From Escherichia coli (lineage in GTDB: Bacteria > Pseudomonadota > Gammaproteobacteria > Enterobacterales > Enterobacteriaceae), in NCBI RefSeq assembly GCF_003334385.1, contig NZ_QOWN01000022.1: 64,000 nt of DNA, one strand, 5' to 3'. The position numbers and the translations under genes are program-made. Positions 46,923 through 57,437 of this stretch are shown one piece after another. The stretch's first letter is position 1; each line of letters starts with the position of its first letter. The notes beneath the pieces were generated by a model that ran no database searches, was not told the origin of the DNA, and saw nothing but the letters and a program-made list of their open reading frames with translations.

Positions 46923-49515
46923 TTGCATATTCCTTAGCCCAGCGGGGCAGTGATAATGTCTTAATAGCTGGCCATTCATCGGTATTCAGGCAGTCAGACA
47001 GGGTTCGCAGATTGCGGTGATATTCCTGTTGACCTGCCAGTTTTGCTTCTTCGCCCATCATGAAAATTTCAACCGGATAACGTCCGCATTCAATAGTTGT
47101 GCTGGCAACCAGAAAAACGAAAGTTGGCTGCACTCCAAACTGTGCTTCATAACCGTCACTGTAGAATGCATCCTGAACGTGATAGCGGTAGTCGTAATAA
47201 GCGGTTTTGAATCGTTGAATATCCGCCGTAGTTTTCACGTCCATGATCCAGTGAAATTCAGGGATAATTTTGTCCGGACGGCACCGACACAAAATTCCTG
47301 TTTCAGGATCTTCCCAGTAAATTGATGATTCAGCGTGTCCGGCGCTTTCAACAAGCCATTGCCCCAGCGGCAAAGCCATAACGCTTTGATACATGAGTTC
47401 AATTTTCCGGCCTTCTTCCGCAGTGATAACCGTTTTTCCTGTGCTTGCGCATTCCATCAGAAACGCTTTCTCTTCTTCTTTTCCGGCGTTTGTACGGCGG
47501 TTAAATTCAGGTGCTACGATAAAGCGGTTACTGAATTCTTCCGGTTCAAGTACCCGGCAGTGGAAAGCAGTTCCTAAATCGAGCGTTTTTGTCTTTGTGG
47601 TGTTCACGGGGGCATTTTTACGCCACAAATATAGTGCCGGAGTATCAGCAATGTCATCGAGCTGAGACTTACTGATACCGGGACCCGCGTGGTAATTCTC
47701 ATTCGAAATTCCGTAATAAATACCTGGCTCTATGTCTTCTACGATTACGGGATCTGCGACTTCGCCAGTTTCATCACTGCAATCGCGATGCGGATCGCTG
47801 CCAGCATTCTCATTGTGCGGATGTTCAGCGCCTTCCATTTCCTCCGGATCATTTTCCTTAGCTTCAACCTGACTCTCTTCATCGAATGTTTCCTGGTATG
47901 TTGCGTCGCCCATCACCGCACCACAGTCAGGGCCGTTATCCCCGCCAGTCTGGCCGCAGGCATTGCAGGCTATTTCCGGTTCCTGTTGCACTACTGGCTC
48001 AGGTTGATTCATATCTGGGCTGGTTTTTTCCGTTTCTGGCTGGTTCTGGTACACACAATCGCGAGTCTGGATCCCCTTTACCCATTTCGGATCGTTCGGG
48101 TCGCTAATTCCGTCAACAAATTCACCACGTGATGCAGCAAGCAATTTATCGGCATCGACAGGATTTTTTGATGGAATGTTTTTCCGGGCTTCATGGAGTT
48201 CTGCCCGCAGTTCCTGATATTTCGCATCAACAGAATTTACCTGTGACTGAGCATCCAGCGGCTGCGTGTCCTGATGATGTTCAGTTGCGTCCGGTTCCAT
48301 TGTTTCAGCCTCTCCCTGTTCAACTGCCGTTGTTCCAGATGGTTGCGGTTTTTCTTCATCATCCTGTTTTCCTTCTTCTGTTACTCGCTGCGGCATCGGG
48401 GCAGAGGAGCGACCGCAGGCAATATCCACGATTTCCGGATCAGGGTTGGCATGATCGGTTTCAGTCAGTACTTTGTTCAGATATTCAGTGACGTGCGCGG
48501 GGATGACCTCGATCCCAATTGGTGCTTCTTTTACGGACGCAACCACGATGGCGCGCGAATAATCCAGCCCGCCAGGCATGGTGATGAATTTGTCGCGGAA
48601 AACAGAAAAGGGCGGTTTATTTTCAGCGATAATTTCCTCAATGCGTTTAGCGTGTGCCGGATGAAGGTTATAGATGTCCAGATCCATTGAACGGGCCAGT
48701 ACGCCAGTGGCTACGTCGCGCGCCAGTGACGTCAGATCGTGTACGAAACCTTCGCCGCGATCGGTGAGGTTTCCGCCGCCAGCATTAGCACCGGAAGCCG
48801 TGCGAGTGATGTGTGAAACACGATTACCCTTCATCCACTCTTTTGTCAGCAGTCCTCGATCGGTGTAGTCAGCGTTCAGGTATGCTTCGAAAAAAGCAGT
48901 TATCAGTCCCAGGTTTGAATTACCAGGATTAGGGAAAACTTTGTCAGTGTCACGAACCAGTTTGTGGAGTTCGCGAATTTCCAGCGGGTCGAGCAGGCTG
49001 GTTTTGTGGGAAACAGCCAGGGCAGTAACAGCCGGTAGTTCTTCAGCCCGAGCAATGTGTAATGCCTGGAGTCCGTCGCGTGAAACGTGCGTTACCGGTT
49101 TTTCGCTGCCGTGTTGAGCAAGCCAACGAATGGGCAGTTCCTGGCCAGAAATTGGGAGTAGCATATTCTCCTCAATCTCAGTCATGTCTTCGCCGTTGAC
49201 GTTGGTATTGCCTTGATAGTGAGCGTTGTCTGGTGCTGCTCCCGGTTTTAGTTCCCATGTCATGGAGTCTTTGCTGAGTTGATAGCGTTCACTCCAGGTA
49301 AAATCGATCTCACCTTCAGCGGGCAGGTCATTAACGACAGGAAAATTCGTGGCAACAGCTTTAAAATAGCTGCTCAGTTTTTTACCTGACTTAACGATCA
49401 GGTAGTCCAGAGTGGCACAGGTCGATTCAAAATCGTTGCTTGCCCACAGGACGACGTCAGGTTCACCGGATGATTTTTTCGCTTTCCGTAACAGGAAGAG
49501 TGGTTTTGTGCTCAT
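46915..49515 (-). CDS. recE: exonuclease VIII (RecE)
   Basis: 866-aa ORF overlapping recT start; acidic low-complexity middle region; C-terminal nuclease. Confidence 0.92.
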   Translation of the reverse strand: MSTKPLFLLRKAKKSSGEPDVVLWASNDFESTCATLDYLIVKSGKKLSSYFKAVATNFPVVNDLPAEGEIDFTWSERYQLSKDSMTWELKPGAAPDNAHYQGNTNVNGEDMTEIEENMLLPISGQELPIRWLAQHGSEKPVTHVSRDGLQALHIARAEELPAVTALAVSHKTSLLDPLEIRELHKLVRDTDKVFPNPGNSNLGLITAFFEAYLNADYTDRGLLTKEWMKGNRVSHITRTASGANAGGGNLTDRGEGFVHDLTSLARDVATGVLARSMDLDIYNLHPAHAKRIEEIIAENKPPFSVFRDKFITMPGGLDYSRAIVVASVKEAPIGIEVIPAHVTEYLNKVLTETDHANPDPEIVDIACGRSSAPMPQRVTEEGKQDDEEKPQPSGTTAVEQGEAETMEPDATEHHQDTQPLDAQSQVNSVDAKYQELRAELHEARKNIPSKNPVDADKLLAASRGEFVDGISDPNDPKWVKGIQTRDCVYQNQPETEKTSPDMNQPEPVVQQEPEIACNACGQTGGDNGPDCGAVMGDATYQETFDEESQVEAKENDPEEMEGAEHPHNENAGSDPHRDCSDETGEVADPVIVEDIEPGIYYGISNENYHAGPGISKSQLDDIADTPALYLWRKNAPVNTTKTKTLDLGTAFHCRVLEPEEFSNRFIVAPEFNRRTNAGKEEEKAFLMECASTGKTVITAEEGRKIELMYQSVMALPLGQWLVESAGHAESSIYWEDPETGILCRCRPDKIIPEFHWIMDVKTTADIQRFKTAYYDYRYHVQDAFYSDGYEAQFGVQPTFVFLVASTTIECGRYPVEIFMMGEEAKLAGQQEYHRNLRTLSDCLNTDEWPAIKTLSLPRWAKEYAND

Positions 49516-49616
49516 TGTTTTTTAACCTCAACTCAGATTAAAATTCGTTTTGTTCAGTGAATGATCTTGCCGGATACACACTGTTCATAGCCTGCGCCAT
49601 ACGCAGGCTATTTCTT

Positions 49617-49892
49617 TCAGATTTCACCTTTTAATTTCATTGCAATTAGAGTTGCCAGAAATTCGGCTTTTTTTTCTGCGGGCAGATTCTTTCCGATATG
49701 CACCAGGCACATTTTTTTGACACCTTCATCAAGTGTTTTTACGTTGCCTGATGGACCATCGATATCAACCACAGTGAATGGGGTTTCTTTATTTTCTGTT
49801 TTAATTACGTAGCCAATGCGCTTTCCTTCCAGATTCACCTCGTGAACAATGTCATCGGTAGTTACAACAGTGGCTTCATAATTGGTAATCAT
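49617..49892 (-). CDS. racC: Rac prophage protein RacC
   Basis: ORF track 49617..49940; start MITNYEATVVTTDD. Confidence 0.8.
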   Translation of the reverse strand: MITNYEATVVTTDDIVHEVNLEGKRIGYVIKTENKETPFTVVDIDGPSGNVKTLDEGVKKMCLVHIGKNLPAEKKAEFLATLIAMKLKGEI

Positions 49893-49966
49893 GTTTTTCT
49901 CCTTAATTAAGGTTGAGCGAATACCTGCCATTTCTGGCATAAATTCAGTTTCGAATAGTCAATTAA

Positions 49967-50137
49967 TTAAAGTTCATGTGCCATCTGGTCTTTTTCGGCA
50001 CAAGCTTCACTGCAATATTTTCTCGGTTCGTCTTTTGATAAAATCCCGTGCATGAAGTGAAGCATTCTTTCAATAGCTTTGCTTTTTTCAACGTCTTTTT
50101 TGCAAAGGTGGTAAGCACATTTTATTTTCTTAGTCAT
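49967..50137 (-). CDS. ydaE: small Cys-rich zinc-binding protein (56 aa)
   Basis: minus-strand [59 protein letters not shown], below ORF-track cutoff. Confidence 0.7.
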   Translation of the reverse strand: MTKKIKCAYHLCKKDVEKSKAIERMLHFMHGILSKDEPRKYCSEACAEKDQMAHEL

Positions 50138-50358
50138 CACCATGACTCCGCCTTTACAGGTAAACCATCACGACCGAGGAAGACTTTAATCATGCGGTCA
50201 GTAATGCATGTTTTTGTGGTCAGGTTACGAATATATAGTTTTCGCTTTTTAATATTGTTTGCCGAGGCAATATATGTCCGGCCTTCATGAAGAACATAAT
50301 CGCCAGGAGTCACACACTGACGTGGTATTTCATCAGTTCCGAAGTGATGTGCAATCAT
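50137..50358 (-). CDS. kilR: FtsZ-targeting killing protein KilR
   Basis: ORF track 50137..50370; start [14 protein letters not shown]. Confidence 0.85.
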   Translation of the reverse strand: MIAHHFGTDEIPRQCVTPGDYVLHEGRTYIASANNIKKRKLYIRNLTTKTCITDRMIKVFLGRDGLPVKAESW

Positions 50359-50799
50359 AATTATCTCCATTTTTACAAATGAACTTTGTTGATGCGGTGC
50401 CTGGTGCCTCCAGGTGACTGCAACCAGTTAACAATTACAGTCGGCTTTCCCACCCAAACCAATAAGGACTAACATGACTTTTAACTGTGCCACGTGCGCT
50501 TAGCCGCATTCACCGCATCACAAAATTCACTTTAAAAAGGGCGGACATCAGCCGAACTTCAAGAAAAAAACTGATGCCGCCAGGACTACACACAGCAATG
50601 TCGTTATTTACAACCGGAGGCGCACTCCCACCATTTAAATTTAACAGACAAGACCGACTCTTTATGGATATCGGAAATGCGCCTTCGTGTTGTGCCCGGT
50701 TTTATTTCACCACCTCCGGGCTTCGGTGGTCTCGGCTATACCCCTACAGCGAGAGCTTGTGTTAACATTTCAATACCCTTACAGTTGAGAGTTATTGAT

Positions 50800-51288
50800 A
50801 TGTTGGATGTATTTACTCCATTGTTGAAACTTTTTGCTAACGAGCCACTCGAAAGACTTATGTATACGATTATCATTTTTGGTCTCACTCTCTGGCTGAT
50901 ACCGAAAGAGTTTACTGTCGCATTCAATGCTTATACTGAAATACCTTGGCTCTTTCAGATTATCGTTTTTGCCTTTTCTTTCGTGGTCGCCATTTCCTTC
51001 TCAAGATTGCGAGCACATATTCAAAAGCATTATTCATTACTACCAGAGCAACGAGTATTGCTTCGTTTATCTGAGAAAGAAATCGCTGTATTTAAAGATT
51101 TCCTTAAAACAGGAAATCTTATTATCACTTCTCCTTGCCGTAACCCGGTTATGAAAAAATTAGAACGGAAGGGCATCATTCAACATCAGAGTGATAGCGC
51201 AAACTGTTCTTATTATCTCGTCACCGAAAAATACTCCCATTTTATGAAGTTATTCTGGAACAGCAGGAGTAGACGTTTTAATCGTTAG
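50800..51288 (+). CDS. sieB: superinfection exclusion protein SieB
   Basis: ORF track 50677..51288; start at internal Met MLDVFTPLLK; TM segments. Confidence 0.8.
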   Translation: MLDVFTPLLKLFANEPLERLMYTIIIFGLTLWLIPKEFTVAFNAYTEIPWLFQIIVFAFSFVVAISFSRLRAHIQKHYSLLPEQRVLLRLSEKEIAVFKDFLKTGNLIITSPCRNPVMKKLERKGIIQHQSDSANCSYYLVTEKYSHFMKLFWNSRSRRFNR

Positions 51289-51440
51289 CTTACTGTGTGC
51301 TTCTCCAACCATCGGCGCGCACCAGTTTCGGTTTTAAATATTTTGCTTTTTGTATACGTCATCGCGGTGAACGTTCCATCCTGGTTGGGGAACACGCCGC
51401 ACACCAGGGATTCGTTATTGCGGAGGTCGATTTTTTGCAT
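51285..51440 (-). CDS. ydaF: Rac prophage small protein (51 aa)
   Basis: minus-strand ORF MQKIDLRNNESLVCGVFPNQDGTFTAMTYTKSKIFKTETGARRWLEKHTVS. Confidence 0.65.
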   Translation of the reverse strand: MQKIDLRNNESLVCGVFPNQDGTFTAMTYTKSKIFKTETGARRWLEKHTVS

Positions 51441-51450
51441 TTTTCGCACC

Positions 51451-51585
51451 TCACATTTTGTTGTTGCGGATAGAGGCTTCTGCCTGCCAGAGATCCCAGT
51501 CGTTGCTGCGTAAAGCCTGCACAGCCTGGTTGTAAGTGATGCCGCAACAATCCATCAAATACTGAACTACTTCGTAATGCACCAT
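51451..51585 (-). CDS. ydaG: Rac prophage small protein (44 aa)
   Basis: minus-strand ORF MVHYEVVQYLMDCCGITYNQAVQALRSNDWDLWQAEASIRNNKM. Confidence 0.65.
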   Translation of the reverse strand: MVHYEVVQYLMDCCGITYNQAVQALRSNDWDLWQAEASIRNNKM

Positions 51586-51764
51586 CTTATCTCTCCCCTT
51601 AACGCCGGGTGGCGGAACTAACTGCTGCACTGCAAAATTTGAATCCCGCCGTCATGTTCATACGCCTCGGGCTGGCTACTTAACCCCTTACCACTGCCTG
51701 GTAACTCGAAGTATTGCCCGGCGTTCTGTGGGGCGGGGTGGGTGGTATGCTGGAACTATAGGTA

Positions 51765-51820
51765 ATGCCTAATTGATTGTCAATAGGTTATGCCTAATGT
51801 TTTGAGCGTAACCTAATAGG
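51765..51820. promoter_or_regulatory. operator-like repeat set on the 3' side of racR (OL-like)
   Basis: TAGG/CCTA-arm dyads; 24-nt block (51777-51800) is the inverted copy, 23/24 identical, of 52421-52444. Confidence 0.5.
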
Positions 51821-51893
51821 TGATGGCGACAGCAGAAAGTGATGGGGGGGTTAAATAACGGAATCCAGGAGTTTTCCGTCAGACCATATAAGT

Positions 51894-52370
51894 TTAAGTT
51901 CCAGTTTTTGTGATGTTCTGGCTTTTCCGTTCAGATTCTAGAGCTTTCAGATACTTACCCACTTTCATTTCCATCGCTGCTATGTAGGCGCGAACATCGT
52001 GGTCAACCCAATCTGGTTCTGTAGCATTTCCAGATAACAGGAAAGCTACAATCGCTCTTATTTCATCAGAGGCTGCTTGATAAAGGTTGTTTATATCTAA
52101 AAGTTCACTTTTTGTATCTGAATTGGTGGGGGTTGGTATGGGGTATTCGTTAAGCCCCCAATGCTCTGGACCAACAACATCAGAAAAGAAACGCCATAAT
52201 TCTGGAAGTTTATCTTTACTTATAGAGCCTTTCTTAATCCAGTCATAAATTGATGGTGGTTGGACTTTGAAGTGGCGTGCGACCTCCGCCTTTGATTTGA
52301 CGGATCCCGATGCGATTTTTTTGTTAATGGCCTGCTCTATCGCTCGGCCTAAGTCTTTACCACTAAGCAT
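51894..52370 (-). CDS. racR: prophage repressor RacR
   Basis: 158-aa ORF with N-terminal HTH, divergent from ydaS. Confidence 0.88.
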   Translation of the reverse strand: MLSGKDLGRAIEQAINKKIASGSVKSKAEVARHFKVQPPSIYDWIKKGSISKDKLPELWRFFSDVVGPEHWGLNEYPIPTPTNSDTKSELLDINNLYQAASDEIRAIVAFLLSGNATEPDWVDHDVRAYIAAMEMKVGKYLKALESERKSQNITKTGT

Positions 52371-52390
52371 TGCTTAATATTCTCCTATGC

Positions 52391-52465
52391 GCATTACATT
52401 AGGCAATCCCTACCCTTATCGCATTAGGCATAGCCTATTGACAATTGCGTTAGGCGTAGCCTAAT
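52391..52465. promoter_or_regulatory. racR/ydaS divergent promoter-operator region (OR-like)
   Basis: dyads TAGGC-N3-GCCTA (52424-52436) and TTAGGC-N2-AGCCTAA (52449-52463), half-site cattacattaggca, embedded TTGACA. Confidence 0.6.
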
Positions 52466-52493
52466 ATTTCTGTGTGTTTTTGGAGTTCATTCG

Positions 52494-52790
52494 ATGAAAA
52501 AAGAGAACTATTCATTCAAGCAAGCTTGTGCTGTTGTCGGTGGGCAATCAGCAATGGCTAGGCTTTTAGGTGTATCACCTCCAAGCGTAAATCAATGGAT
52601 CAAAGGGGTACGTCAATTGCCTGCCGAGAGATGTCCAGCAATTGAACGTGCAACAAGAGGTGAGGTTCTGTGCGAAGAACTTCGTCCTGATATTGACTGG
52701 TCATATTTACGACGTTCGGCATGTTGTTCGCAGAATATGTCAGTGAAGCAACTAAATGACAGTAACAAATCCTCATTTGATCATACCTGA
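52494..52790 (+). CDS. ydaS: Cro-like HTH protein
   Basis: 98-aa ORF immediately rightward of racR operators. Confidence 0.85.
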   Translation: MKKENYSFKQACAVVGGQSAMARLLGVSPPSVNQWIKGVRQLPAERCPAIERATRGEVLCEELRPDIDWSYLRRSACCSQNMSVKQLNDSNKSSFDHT

Positions 52791-52812
52791 AACATCAAGA
52801 GGCAAATGATTC

Positions 52813-53235
52813 ATGAAAATCAAGCATGAGCACATCGAATCAGTGTTGTTTGCCCTGGCAGCCGAAAAAGGGCAGGCATGGGTAGCCAATGCAATTACTG
52901 AAGAATATCTGCGCCAGGGGGGCGGCGAATTGCCCCTGGTTCCAGGCAAGGACTGGAACAATCAGCAGAATATCTATCACCGTTGGTTGAAAGGTGAAAC
53001 GAAAACGCAAAGAGAAAAAATTCAGAAGCTGATCCCAGCAATTCTGGCAATCCTTCCGCGCGAGCTGCGTCACCGATTCTGCATCTTCGATACCCTGGAA
53101 CGCCGTGCATTACTGGCGGCGCAGGAAGCGTTAAGTACGGCAATTGATGCGCATGATGATGCAGTCCAAGCCGTTTACCGGAAAGCGCATTTCAGCGGCG
53201 GCGGGTCTTCCGACGATTCTGTCATTGTTCATTAA
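52813..53235 (+). CDS. ydaT: Rac prophage protein YdaT
   Basis: 140-aa ORF; synteny. Confidence 0.85.
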   Translation: MKIKHEHIESVLFALAAEKGQAWVANAITEEYLRQGGGELPLVPGKDWNNQQNIYHRWLKGETKTQREKIQKLIPAILAILPRELRHRFCIFDTLERRALLAAQEALSTAIDAHDDAVQAVYRKAHFSGGGSSDDSVIVH

Positions 53236-53247
53236 GCAAAAGTTTCC

Positions 53248-54105
53248 ATGCTGTTTGTGCTTATTCTAAGCAACCGGGCAGCATCATACGGGGCAATTAT
53301 GGCCGCATTACCATACATGCAACTGTACATAGCTGATTACCTGGCTGACACCATGCATTTGTCAGCAGAGGAGCACGGTGCGTATTTGTTGCTGATGTTC
53401 AATTACTGGCAAACAGGAAAGCCAATACCCAAAAACAGGCTGGTAAAAATTGCCCGCCTGACTAACGAGCGATGGGCTGATGTTGAACCATCCTTGCGGG
53501 AGTTTTTTTGCGATAACGGCGAGGAATGGGTGCATCTTCGGATTGAGGAAGATCTGGCATCAGTCAGGGAAAAATTAACCAAAAAATCAGCCGCAGGAAA
53601 AGCATCGGTTCAGGCCAGAAGAAGCAGAAAGGAAGCAGATGTTCAAACAAAACAAGAGAGAAATTTAACAGGTGTTCAAACAGATGTTGAAGTGGTGTTT
53701 GAACATGATGTCAACACAAAGGCAACTAATAAAGATACAGATAAAGATCTAAAAACAGATCCCCCCCTAAATCCCCCCCGGGGGAATCGAGGTGTTAAAA
53801 AGTTTGACCCTCTGGATATTGCTTTGCCGAACTGGATTTCTGTCTCGCTTTGGCGTGAGTGGGTTGAATTTCGCCAGGCATTGCGTAAACCGATTCGAAC
53901 GGAGCAGGGCGCTAACGGGGCGATACGGGAGCTGGAAAAATTCCGCCAGCAGGGTTTTTCACCTGAGCAGGTGATTAGACACAGCATTGCCCATGAATAC
54001 CAGGGCTTGTTTGCGCCGAAAGGCGTTCGGCCTGAGACGTTGCTTCGACAGGTTAACACCGTCTCGTTTCCGGACAGTGCGATCCCACCAGGCTTCAGGG
54101 GGTAA
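53248..54105 (+). CDS. ydaU: replication-module protein (O-like position)
   Basis: 285-aa ORF; synteny. Confidence 0.8.
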   Translation: MLFVLILSNRAASYGAIMAALPYMQLYIADYLADTMHLSAEEHGAYLLLMFNYWQTGKPIPKNRLVKIARLTNERWADVEPSLREFFCDNGEEWVHLRIEEDLASVREKLTKKSAAGKASVQARRSRKEADVQTKQERNLTGVQTDVEVVFEHDVNTKATNKDTDKDLKTDPPLNPPRGNRGVKKFDPLDIALPNWISVSLWREWVEFRQALRKPIRTEQGANGAIRELEKFRQQGFSPEQVIRHSIAHEYQGLFAPKGVRPETLLRQVNTVSFPDSAIPPGFRG

Positions 54106-54111
54106 CGAAGC

Positions 54112-54858
54112 ATGAAAAATATTGCGACAGGCGGCGTTCTGGAACGTATCCGCAGACTGGCCCCGCCACATGTAACCGCGCCATTCAGGACGGTGGCGGA
54201 GTGGCGCGAGTGGCAACTTGCAGAAGGCCAGAAACGTTGTGAGGAGATCAACCGTCAGAATCGTCAGTTGCGGGTGGAAAAAATCCTGAATCGCTCCGGC
54301 ATCCAGTCGTTGCACCGCAAATGCTCGTTTTCGAATTACCAGGTGCAGAACGAAGGGCAGCGATACGCGTTGAGTCAGGCGAAATCCATCGCTGATGAAC
54401 TGATGACCGGGTGTACAAATTTTGCGTTCAGCGGAAAACCTGGTACCGGAAAAAACCATCTGGCGGCGGCTATCGGGAATCGCCTGCTGAAAGATGGCCA
54501 GACAGTGATTGTGGTTACCGTGGCTGATGTCATGAGTGCCCTACACGCCAGCTATGACGACGGGCAATCAGGCGAAAAATTTTTGCGGGAACTGTGCCAA
54601 GTGGATCTGCTGGTTCTTGATGAAATTGGCATTCAGCGCGAGACAAAAAACGAGCAGGTGGTGCTGCACCAGATTGTTGATCGCCGGACAGCGTCGATGC
54701 GCAGCGTGGGGATGCTGACAAACCTGAATTATGAGGCCATGAAAACATTGCTCGGCGAGAGGATTATGGATCGCATGACCATGAACGGCGGGCGATGGGT
54801 GAATTTTAACTGGGAGAGCTGGCGTCCGAATGTCGTCCAGCCAGGAATTGCGAAGTAA
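54112..54858 (+). CDS. ydaV: DnaC-like helicase loader (AAA+)
   Basis: 248-aa ORF with Walker [11 protein letters not shown] and Walker B LLVLDEIG. Confidence 0.88.
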   Translation: MKNIATGGVLERIRRLAPPHVTAPFRTVAEWREWQLAEGQKRCEEINRQNRQLRVEKILNRSGIQSLHRKCSFSNYQVQNEGQRYALSQAKSIADELMTGCTNFAFSGKPGTGKNHLAAAIGNRLLKDGQTVIVVTVADVMSALHASYDDGQSGEKFLRELCQVDLLVLDEIGIQRETKNEQVVLHQIVDRRTASMRSVGMLTNLNYEAMKTLLGERIMDRMTMNGGRWVNFNWESWRPNVVQPGIAK

Positions 54859-54880
54859 TTTTTACCGGGAGAAAAATTTA

Positions 54881-55642
54881 ATGGAGACTGTTTTTGACGC
54901 ACTGAAAGCAATGGGAAAAGCTACATCCATAGAACTTGCTGCGCGACTTGATATCAGCCGTGAAGAAGTGCTGAACGAACTATGGGAACTGAAAAAGGCT
55001 GGTTTCGTTGATAAAAGCGCGTACACCTGGCGTGTGGCTGATAACAACGTTCAGCAGGAACAGCCAGCGCCGGCAGAACTGCCGGAAGAAACTACCACGG
55101 CAACAGTCGCGAAAATTTCAGAGAGCGATTTAACTGCGACGATTGAACAACGTGGTCCACTAACTGCGGATGAACTGGCTACGTTGTTCGGTACCACATC
55201 CCGCAAAGTGGCTTCAACGCTGGCAATGGCAATCAGCAAAGCTCGTCTGATTCGCGTTAATCAGAACGGTAAATTTCGTTACTGCATGCCGGGCGGTAAT
55301 TTACCAGCAGAGCCGAAAGCTGCATCGGTAGCGGAAACAGATGGTAAAGCCTTTCCTCAGCTAGCCGGTGTTGCGTTACCAGTACAGGAAGCTGCAACAC
55401 AGGAAGATATTAAAACAGAAACTGTGGCGGACATTGTGCAGTCGTTGCCATCGTTTACTGAAACGCAAGCGGATAACCTGATTTTACCATCGCTGCATAT
55501 GGCAAACCGTGAACTGCGTCGGGCGAAAAATCATGTCCAGAAGTGGGAGCGAGTCTGCGCCGCGCTGCGGGAGCTGAACAAGCACCGGGATATTGTTCGA
55601 CAGATTACTGATTCTTCCCGCCGTGTTGTATCGGAAAAGTGA
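54881..55642 (+). CDS. ydaW: prophage protein with N-terminal winged-helix-like region, full length
   Basis: ORF track 54830..55642; start at ATG 54881 ([13 protein letters not shown]) avoids overlap with ydaV. Confidence 0.6.
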   Translation: METVFDALKAMGKATSIELAARLDISREEVLNELWELKKAGFVDKSAYTWRVADNNVQQEQPAPAELPEETTTATVAKISESDLTATIEQRGPLTADELATLFGTTSRKVASTLAMAISKARLIRVNQNGKFRYCMPGGNLPAEPKAASVAETDGKAFPQLAGVALPVQEAATQEDIKTETVADIVQSLPSFTETQADNLILPSLHMANRELRRAKNHVQKWERVCAALRELNKHRDIVRQITDSSRRVVSEK

Positions 55643-55657
55643 TTGCCGAAGGCGCTT

Positions 55658-56089
55658 ATGGCAAAAGTATTTACACAAGAAGAGCGAGAAAAAATTAAAG
55701 GGCAGGTTGTTGAGCTAGTACGCCGGAGTGGGCGCGAGACGTTACGGCAACTGGAAGCCAAGACAGGTGCGACAAGATATCTGATGAGCGTTCTCGCCAG
55801 AGAGCTGGTTGCCAGTGGCGATGTATACAACTCTGGTTACGGGTTATTCCCGTCTGAACAGGCTCGTAAGGACTGGCAAAATGCCCGCAAAAAACTATCT
55901 AGGGCAAAGGTGAAGAAACCATCTGTGGTTGATCCGGACCTTATCTGGTCATTACCAGACGGAGAAATACGCCGCTACGACAGGCGTCTGAACATAATCT
56001 GTCGCGAGTGCCGGAAGAGCGAAGTTATGCAGCGTGTGCTGGCGTTTTATCAGAATGGTTTTCGAGAGAGGCTTGGAGATCAGGGATGA
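55658..56089 (+). CDS. hypothetical prophage protein (about 143 aa)
   Basis: ORF track 55643..56089; GC-typical codon usage, abuts ydaW stop; no recognisable motif except basic stretch and CRECRK. Confidence 0.5.
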   Translation: MAKVFTQEEREKIKGQVVELVRRSGRETLRQLEAKTGATRYLMSVLARELVASGDVYNSGYGLFPSEQARKDWQNARKKLSRAKVKKPSVVDPDLIWSLPDGEIRRYDRRLNIICRECRKSEVMQRVLAFYQNGFRERLGDQG

Positions 56090-56282
56090 ATAGAACGATG
56101 AAGGATGGAAGCTACATATTCTCGGTACTAAGATTTATTTTTCTGACACAAAATGACCATTTGGCGTTACATAATCCCAAAAAAACGTATCAAAAATCTC
56201 AAAATGCGTTACGATTAGAGAGTATTTTGATTCTGCGTGCTCATTTTTTGATTGCTGTGGCTTTTTGTTGTGGGAGTGTTGA

Positions 56283-57437
56283 ATGGATTATTTATCAGAA
56301 GTGTTAAAAATCATTGAAGGTGCAACAAAGGCAAATGCTTCGATGGCTAGTAATTATGCTGGGTTGCTGGCAGATAAGCTCGAACAAAAAGGGGAGGTCA
56401 AGCAAGCCAGAATGATAAGAGAAAGGTTGCTTAGAGCTCCCCAGGCGTTGGCAGGAGCTCAAAGGGCTGGAGGTGGGATATCTCTGGGCTCATTACCGGT
56501 AGATATTGATAGTCGACTCAACACTGTTGATGTCAGTTATCCTAAATTAGACAGTTCAGAGATTTTTCTGCCTGCAGCAATCAGTACCCGTGTTGAAGAG
56601 TTTATCACTAATGTTCAACGTTATGATGAGTTTGTTAAAGCTGATGCAGCATTGCCGAGTCGTATGCTCGTGTATGGAAAGCCAGGAACAGGTAAGACTA
56701 TGTTATCTAAGTACATCGCTACCCGCTTAGATTTTCCACTTCTTACAGTGCGTTGCGATACTTTGATTAGTAGTTTATTGGGACAAACCAGCAAAAATCT
56801 TAGACAGGTTTTCGATTATGTAATGCAGAGGCCATCAGTGCTTTTTTTAGACGAATTTGATGCTTTAGCTGGAGCAAGAGGTAATGAGAGAGATATAGGT
56901 GAGCTTCAGCGAGTTGTCATTTCACTATTGCAGAATATGGATGCGGCATCAGAGGATACGGTAATTATTGCCTCAACTAACCATGAGCAACTTCTGGATC
57001 CTGCAATCTGGAGGCGATTTAGCTTCAGAATTCCAATGCCTCTGCCTGACATACATCAGAGAGAGTTAATTTGGAAAAATCGTTTAAAGAATATGATATG
57101 TAGCGATCTAGATTTAAGTGATTTATCAAGAAAATCGGAAGGATTATCCGGAGCAATAATTGAACAGGTGAGCTTGGATGCACGTAGGGATGCAGTTATT
57201 GAAGGTGCAAGTGTGATAAATCACCACAAATTGTATAGGCGTTTGTATCTTGCTCAATCGCTTATGGAAGGTGTAAATTTAAGCACTTACGAAGATGAAA
57301 TTCGTTGGTTACGTTCTAAAGATAAAAAATTATTTTCTATCAGAGTTCTTGCTAATTTGTACAAACTTACATCAAGAGTAATTTCAAACATTCTGAAGGA
57401 GTCAGGAGCATATGAGCAGAAGGGGTACACAGTTTAG
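56283..57437 (+). CDS. AAA+ ATPase (classic AAA clade), first gene of cargo cassette
   Basis: 384-aa ORF; Walker A GKPGTGKT (56676-56699), Walker B VLFLDEFD (about 56841-56861), sensor-1 IASTN, Arg finger region PAIWRRF; AT-rich. Confidence 0.85.
   Translation: MDYLSEVLKIIEGATKANASMASNYAGLLADKLEQKGEVKQARMIRERLLRAPQALAGAQRAGGGISLGSLPVDIDSRLNTVDVSYPKLDSSEIFLPAAISTRVEEFITNVQRYDEFVKADAALPSRMLVYGKPGTGKTMLSKYIATRLDFPLLTVRCDTLISSLLGQTSKNLRQVFDYVMQRPSVLFLDEFDALAGARGNERDIGELQRVVISLLQNMDAASEDTVIIASTNHEQLLDPAIWRRFSFRIPMPLPDIHQRELIWKNRLKNMICSDLDLSDLSRKSEGLSGAIIEQVSLDARRDAVIEGASVINHHKLYRRLYLAQSLMEGVNLSTYEDEIRWLRSKDKKLFSIRVLANLYKLTSRVISNILKESGAYEQKGYTV

Noticed and set aside
47017-48868. Cluster of plus-strand ORFs (102-147 aa) inside recE
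   Set aside because: All lie antisense to the 866-aa recE reading frame, which is continuous; they have no RBS and look like frame artefacts.
50487-50799. ORF 50487..50765 and the N-terminal extension of the sieB ORF (50677..50799)
   Set aside because: Recalled SieB begins at MLDVFTPLL (50800); the upstream extension lacks an RBS and overlaps the divergent kilR promoter region.
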